From contig CATMOE010000008.1 of NCBI GenBank assembly GCA_950072105.1, positions 1 through 64,000 on the forward strand: a stretch of DNA of 64,000 bases. Reading direction: 5' to 3'. Shown here in pieces: positions 59,466-64,000 of the stretch. Numbering within the stretch: the first letter of the stretch is position 1; each line of letters starts with the position of its first letter. The notes beneath the pieces were generated by a model. The model was not told the origin of the DNA. It did not search any database and worked only from the letters and a program-made list of their open reading frames with translations. The position numbers were made by a program, and so were the translations under genes. The stretch is from an uncultured Dehalococcoidia bacterium. GTDB lineage: Bacteria; Chloroflexota; Dehalococcoidia; Lucifugimonadales; UBA3495.

Positions 59466-59990
59466 CTCCTGCCATAGGGTCCGGACCGTCTCCGTGATAA
59501 CCCCTCCATCGAAACCGCGGCGCTGCAAGAGGGACCAAAGGCGTCGCCGGAACTGAGAGAACTCCCCACGTGCCAACCGCATGGCCAAGCTAAGGCCGGC
59601 ACGGTAGGCGTTCCCAGGCCCGTCGAAATTCTCCAAAGCCTCCCTGATCGTTTCCTCCGGAACTCCCTTACCCAATAGCTCCTGGCGCAACAATCTCTGT
59701 CCTCTTGGACGCCGCCGCTCCCGGCTGCTGCGCCACTGGCGGGCGAACGCGGCGTCGTCCAGGTAGCCTTGTTCTGTGAGGGCGGTGATTACGCGGTCGA
59801 TGACCTGGGAGTCGTAACGTGGAGTCAGGCGGCGCCGTACTTCGGCCTCGCTGCGCCCCCGATAACCAAGGAGGCGGAAAGCGGCGCTCCTAGCGGCCAG
59901 ATAGTCGGAGTTCCGCTCTGAAGCGCCATCAGGTGGGCTGGGTGCTTGAGACTTTCCAACCTGTCCAGGACCCCAATCAGAGTTGGTCAT
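59397..59990 (-). CDS. recX: Regulatory protein RecX
   Basis: RSEAEVRRRL, GYLDDAAFA and LQRRGF motifs; downstream of recA. Confidence 0.9.
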   Translation of the reverse strand: MTNSDWGPGQVGKSQAPSPPDGASERNSDYLAARSAAFRLLGYRGRSEAEVRRRLTPRYDSQVIDRVITALTEQGYLDDAAFARQWRSSRERRRPRGQRLLRQELLGKGVPEETIREALENFDGPGNAYRAGLSLAMRLARGEFSQFRRRLWSLLQRRGFDGGVITETVRTLWQELSDPLNGSVDAETDEEQTENTQ

Positions 59991-60005
59991 TAATAAACCT
60001 AAGAA

Positions 60006-60042
60006 GCCCCTTCGCTAGACAGTCGTTGTTCAGCGAAGGGGC
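60006..60042 (-). terminator. Stem-loop between recA and recX
   Basis: GCCCCTTCGCT/AGCGAAGGGGC 11-bp stem. Confidence 0.55.
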
Positions 60043-60071
60043 CCGCACAGAATCTTCGTGGGCAGGAGATT

Positions 60072-61178
60072 TTATTCCTCTTTCTCCGGTTCCGTAACAT
60101 TCGGGATGGCGTATTCGTTGCCGGTTGCTGACGATGCCGCCTCGTCGGCGGGGGCTTGCTCCGCCGGGCTTTCTTCCGGCTTAGCGGTAGTATCGCGGAT
60201 CCTAGCTTCGAGGGAATCAGCGATTTCCGGGTGTTGCGTCAAGAATTCCTTGGAGTTCTCCCGGCCCTGGCCCAATCGAGTTTCCCCGTAGGAGTAGAAG
60301 GCGCCCGATTTCTTGATAATGCCTTGGGCGGTCCCCAACTCCAAGAGGTCGCCCATCCGGCTGATGCCCTGGTTGAACATAATGTCGAACTCGGCAACGC
60401 GGAACGGAGCTGCTATCTTGTTTTTGACGATGCGGGCCCGTACCCGGTTGCCTATTATCTCGGACCCTTGTTTGATGGACTCCACCCGCCGAAGATCGAT
60501 ACGGACTGAGCTGTAAAACTTGAGAGCACGTCCTCCAGGGGTGACTTCTGGGTTCCCGTAGGAAACGCCGATCTTTTCACGTAGTTGGTTGATGAAGATC
60601 ACGGCGGTGTGGGAGCGGTGGATCGCCGAGGTCAACTTACGAAGTGCCTGGGACATCAGCCGGGCTTGTAGTCCCATGTGTGAGTCGCCCATGTCCCCTT
60701 CGATTTCTGCCTGGGGCACTAAAGCGGCCACGCTGTCGATGATGATTGAGTCGATGGCGCCGCTGCGGACCAATTGCTCGGTGATGTCCAGCGCCTGCTC
60801 GGCGCTATCCGGTTGGGCGATGAGCAGGCTTTCCACGTTCAGGCCGCAATGTTCGGCATAGACTGGGTCCATGGCGTGTTCCACGTCTATATAGGCGGCA
60901 AGCCCCCCCAATTTTTGTGTTTCGGCCATTATGTGGATGGCCAGCGTGGACTTGCCCGTCGACTCTGCTCCGAAGATTTCGGTTACCCGGCCACGTGGAA
61001 TACCTCCGGCGCCCAGCGCCACGTCAAGGGCCAGGGATCCAGTTGGAATCACTTCGGTTGCTAGCCGCTGGGCCGCTTCGCCCAAGCGCATCACGGCGCC
61101 TTTGCCGTAGTCTTTTTCGATGTGGGCTAGAGCGATGTCGAGAGCTGCTTGTTTGTCTTTGTCGTTGTTTGTAGCCAT
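60072..61178 (-). CDS. recA: Recombinase RecA
   Basis: [22 protein letters not shown] and [12 protein letters not shown] motifs. Confidence 0.98.
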   Translation of the reverse strand: MATNNDKDKQAALDIALAHIEKDYGKGAVMRLGEAAQRLATEVIPTGSLALDVALGAGGIPRGRVTEIFGAESTGKSTLAIHIMAETQKLGGLAAYIDVEHAMDPVYAEHCGLNVESLLIAQPDSAEQALDITEQLVRSGAIDSIIIDSVAALVPQAEIEGDMGDSHMGLQARLMSQALRKLTSAIHRSHTAVIFINQLREKIGVSYGNPEVTPGGRALKFYSSVRIDLRRVESIKQGSEIIGNRVRARIVKNKIAAPFRVAEFDIMFNQGISRMGDLLELGTAQGIIKKSGAFYSYGETRLGQGRENSKEFLTQHPEIADSLEARIRDTTAKPEESPAEQAPADEAASSATGNEYAIPNVTEPEKEE

Positions 61179-61214
61179 CTTCCCTCCATCCTGCCTGGAA
61201 TACTGGCGCATGTT

Positions 61215-61228
61215 AGCACGGGCGTTCT
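61215..61228 (-). promoter_or_regulatory. LexA (SOS) box upstream of recA
   Basis: AGAAC-GCCC-GTGCT, one mismatch to AGAAC-N4-GTTCT, overlapping an extended -10 (TGCTAACAT). Confidence 0.65.
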
Positions 61229-61334
61229 AATACCTACAAGGTTCAAATGTCATAGTGTTTTGGAGGAGGATTATTTTGCTTGAATGCCAACTTTGATAGT
61301 TGGATCTGATGCTTCCGGGCCAACCGGTCCGAGA

Positions 61335-61574
61335 CTAGAACTCTCAATTCCCGCCTTTGAAGCCGATTGTCGCTTCACCGTTCTCAACGATCACGGGAGT
61401 GACTCTTTCGCCGCCGGTTAGGCTGAGCAGGTCGTCGATCTTGTCCCTTTCCTTGGAAACATCTATTTCCACAAAAGATACACCGCGGTGCCGATAGTCC
61501 ATCTTGGCTGCTGACGAGTAGGCGCAATCTGGGTGGGTATAGATAGTAACGGTAGTTTCGCTGGATTGGGTCAC
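61335..61574 (-). CDS. Glutaredoxin-like protein with C-terminal U-E-F-stop, probable selenoprotein (UGA at 61344-61346), 79 aa
   Basis: CAYS and VTPVIV..IGF glutaredoxin fold; ends TGA GAG TTC TAG; AAGGGAG RBS before the GTG. Confidence 0.72.
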
Positions 61575-61767
61575 GTTAGACTCCCTTGAAATCAGATTGG
61601 GTATGGTCTTATTGTAAGGTCGCACGCCCGGATGTTCAACGAGATAATCTGCCGATGGTCCTGAATTTCGTGGTATGCTTTTTTGGAGCTACTTTAGAGA
61701 AGCTTCAACTCCCTCCGGCCAATCTTCCGGCTCTTATACAGGGCCGGAAGGGCCACATTGAGCGATT

Positions 61768-62946
61768 ATGCCATCCACCGACCGATTGCTAGCCGAACTT
61801 GGCGAGTTGCTGACGGAAAATGCCATCGGCGTGGGGCGTTTGACTCCCAGACCCAGGGGCGGAAGATTGACTGGGGATCCGAGGCGGGTTCTGGAACAGA
61901 CGTTGGCCCTCCTTGAAAACACCCCCTCTTCTCGGGGCTGCTTGGTCTACGGCAATGGTTGCTTTGCCGTGGGGCGATATACCGATGCGGCCGCGGTTTA
62001 TCAAGGCATCTTGACGGTCCAGTCAGATGACCTAGACGCTAGGTTTAATCTGGGCCTGACCCATCTCCGGCTTAAGGATCCCGGGCGGGCGGTGGAGAAC
62101 CTAAATCTGGTTCTTGCCCAGGATCCTTCAATGGCCGAAGCTCACTATCAACTGGGAAACGCCTACGACGATATGGGCGAAGGGGAATCGGCTCTGGCAG
62201 GGTACGACCAAGCCAAAGCATTGCAACCCGGCTACCTTCAGGCCATCTACAACAAGGGCGTGTCTCTGGCCAAGCTGGGGCGGCACCATGAAGCAGTGGC
62301 GGAGTTCGACCAAGCGGTTGCCCTCCGGCCAGGTTTGTCCAACGCCTACATGAACCGGGGGGCCTCCCTGGACGAGCTGGGGCGGCATCAAGACGCGATC
62401 AACGACTACACCGTGGCTATCGAATGCAATCCCGAAAACGCCGACGCCTATTTCAATCGGGCCCGAACCAATTATTACTTGGAAAATATGGAGGACACCA
62501 TTGAGGATTATTCCAAGGTGCTGAGCCTCACTCCCGATGACGCGGAAGCCTACAACAACCGTGGTTTGGCCTTCGACGCCTTGGGCGATTATGACCTGGC
62601 TTTGGAGGATTACGGTAGGGCCGTAACCTTGCGGCCAGATTTCGCTGAGTCACTAAGCAATAGAGGAGCGGCTTCGGAGGCCCTGGGGAAAACGGAGGAG
62701 GCGCTGGACGACTACCTGGCGGCTTTAACAGCGGCGCCCAACTTCGCGGCCGCTCATTACAATGCCGCCAGGCTATACGCTCGATTAAGGGATGTCGATC
62801 AATGCCTTCCCCATTTGGAAAAAGCGATGCGGCTGGTCCCGGAACTGCGCTCGGATGCAGACGAAGATGACGAATTGGGCTGGGTCTTGAAGCTACGCCA
62901 GCTTAAGCAAGAGCGGGGAAGGGGTACCGGAGAAGCCGGCGCCTAG
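61768..62946 (+). CDS. Tetratricopeptide repeat protein
   Basis: About 9-10 tandem 34-aa TPR units (AYxNRG pattern). Confidence 0.9.
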   Translation: MPSTDRLLAELGELLTENAIGVGRLTPRPRGGRLTGDPRRVLEQTLALLENTPSSRGCLVYGNGCFAVGRYTDAAAVYQGILTVQSDDLDARFNLGLTHLRLKDPGRAVENLNLVLAQDPSMAEAHYQLGNAYDDMGEGESALAGYDQAKALQPGYLQAIYNKGVSLAKLGRHHEAVAEFDQAVALRPGLSNAYMNRGASLDELGRHQDAINDYTVAIECNPENADAYFNRARTNYYLENMEDTIEDYSKVLSLTPDDAEAYNNRGLAFDALGDYDLALEDYGRAVTLRPDFAESLSNRGAASEALGKTEEALDDYLAALTAAPNFAAAHYNAARLYARLRDVDQCLPHLEKAMRLVPELRSDADEDDELGWVLKLRQLKQERGRGTGEAGA

Positions 62947-63653
62947 CGGTTCTCCGGCGCGACCGGACCCAGGTCTGGATCCGCATCCAGGTCGGGTTCC
63001 AACTCCAGGTCGAGGAGGATCTCTTCCTCTCCTGGAAGGCTCAGTCTGCGCCGGCGGGCAATGTTACTGCGGATGAGGACCAATCCGGCCAGAACGGTCA
63101 GTCCCAATACCAGATCGCGGTCAATCTGATAGTAAAAGCTCAGAGCGGTCAAGAAGACGTAGCAGGCAGCGATTCCCCAAGATGAACGCCAGATCGATCT
63201 CCGCATCAGAAGAATCACCGCTACCCCGATAGCCACACCCAGTGGAGCCAAGCTCGGCATAAGAGCCAGAGTTATGCCCATGAGGGAAGCCATCCCGTCT
63301 CCGCCGCGAAACCCGGCGAACAAGGATTTCCAGTGGCCGATGATCGCGGCTGCCCCCACCAATAAAATCAGGAGACTAGGAACGTCCAGCAAATGGGCGA
63401 TAATGATTGCGGCCGAACCTTTGGCCACATCCCCGATAAACACCACCGAGCCTGTACGGTGGCCGACGTTCCAGAATACGTTGGCTGTACCGGCCTCGTT
63501 GCTGCCGGTGGAGAATATGTCCACTCCCCGCAACCGCGCCGCGATCAGCGCGAAGGGGATTGAGCCTAAAAGATAGCCGACCAGAACGGCGGCGATAACT
63601 TTTTGAATTACTACGTAGTCTATGGGCACTGACCTACCATCACCTGGATGCAA
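62943..63653 (-). CDS. plsY: Second PlsY-family acyltransferase
   Basis: YLLGSIP, GSNEAGTAN, DVAKG and GHW..FRGGDG motifs. Confidence 0.82.
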   Translation of the reverse strand: MHPGDGRSVPIDYVVIQKVIAAVLVGYLLGSIPFALIAARLRGVDIFSTGSNEAGTANVFWNVGHRTGSVVFIGDVAKGSAAIIIAHLLDVPSLLILLVGAAAIIGHWKSLFAGFRGGDGMASLMGITLALMPSLAPLGVAIGVAVILLMRRSIWRSSWGIAACYVFLTALSFYYQIDRDLVLGLTVLAGLVLIRSNIARRRRLSLPGEEEILLDLELEPDLDADPDLGPVAPENR

Positions 63654-63829
63654 AGTCGGCTGGAACTAGTGTGATCCTTACTTAGATAATACAGCAGCCA
63701 AGCCTCAAGGGGAATAGCAATGGCCTCGAATCCGGCTTCCATTCTGACCACGGCATGTTCGATTATGGTCCAATTCGCCAAGTAAGATTGTGGCCAATCA
63801 CAATGGCCCTAAGGCTCCGAATAAATGCA

Positions 63830-63857
63830 AAGGCCTCGGGGATTTCCCCGAGGCCTT
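63830..63857 (-). terminator. Probable terminator of a minus-strand gene lying mostly outside the window
   Basis: AAGGCCTCGGGGA/TCCCCGAGGCCTT stem. Confidence 0.55.
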
Positions 63858-64000
63858 CGGTTGCTGCCGCAGACTGTTCGGCTGGTAGGGGCAATTACCG
63901 GCCGTCTCCGCCTAACGGAAGCTGGGCGCCCTTATGTAGGAAACTTTACTCTGATTCGCCGGTGATTGGGTGGAAGTTCTCTTCCGCCATGCCGAAGGAA

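Noticed and set aside
63945..64000. 3' end of a minus-strand CDS (…FGMAEENFHPITGESE*)
   Set aside because: Too short to identify within the window.
1..64000. CRISPR array, rRNA, intact transposase or prophage
   Set aside because: No regularly spaced repeat-spacer array, rRNA signature, transposase or phage gene was seen.

Overview
A bacterial window of moderately high GC. Gene content (three LLM-class oxidoreductases, a PNPOx-like protein, a GAAC-N4-GTTC-type LexA box, ino1/pgsA, MoxR-DUF58) suggests Chloroflexota, Dehalococcoidia/SAR202-like; this is inference only. Layout from left to right: a decayed accessory segment with a degenerate tRNA; a cbpA-hspR-clp / hsp20 heat-shock divergon; a candidate structured ncRNA; tRNA-Asn; a ~16 kb accessory redox/regulatory region containing several broken genes; an anaerobic-type corrin-ring (hemA-cbi) operon; then core genes (alaS, ruvX, tRNA-Gln, ribH, ino1-GT4-pgsA, prmA, dnaJ, rny, ymdB, two plsY, recX, recA). 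Main signals: (1) three probable selenoproteins with an in-frame UGA at a redox-Cys position followed by a hairpin, namely a tandem-OsmC protein, a DCC-family CxxU oxidoreductase that the ORF track misses entirely, and a UXX-stop glutaredoxin; (2) a 423-bp GxxExxY nuclease cassette bounded by 20-bp inverted repeats, sitting exactly at the cbiG/cbiH junction and supplying the cbiH start codon, which looks like a non-disruptive minimal mobile element; (3) several small repeat elements, one of them translated inside alaS. All calls come from reading the sequence by eye; no database searches were run.
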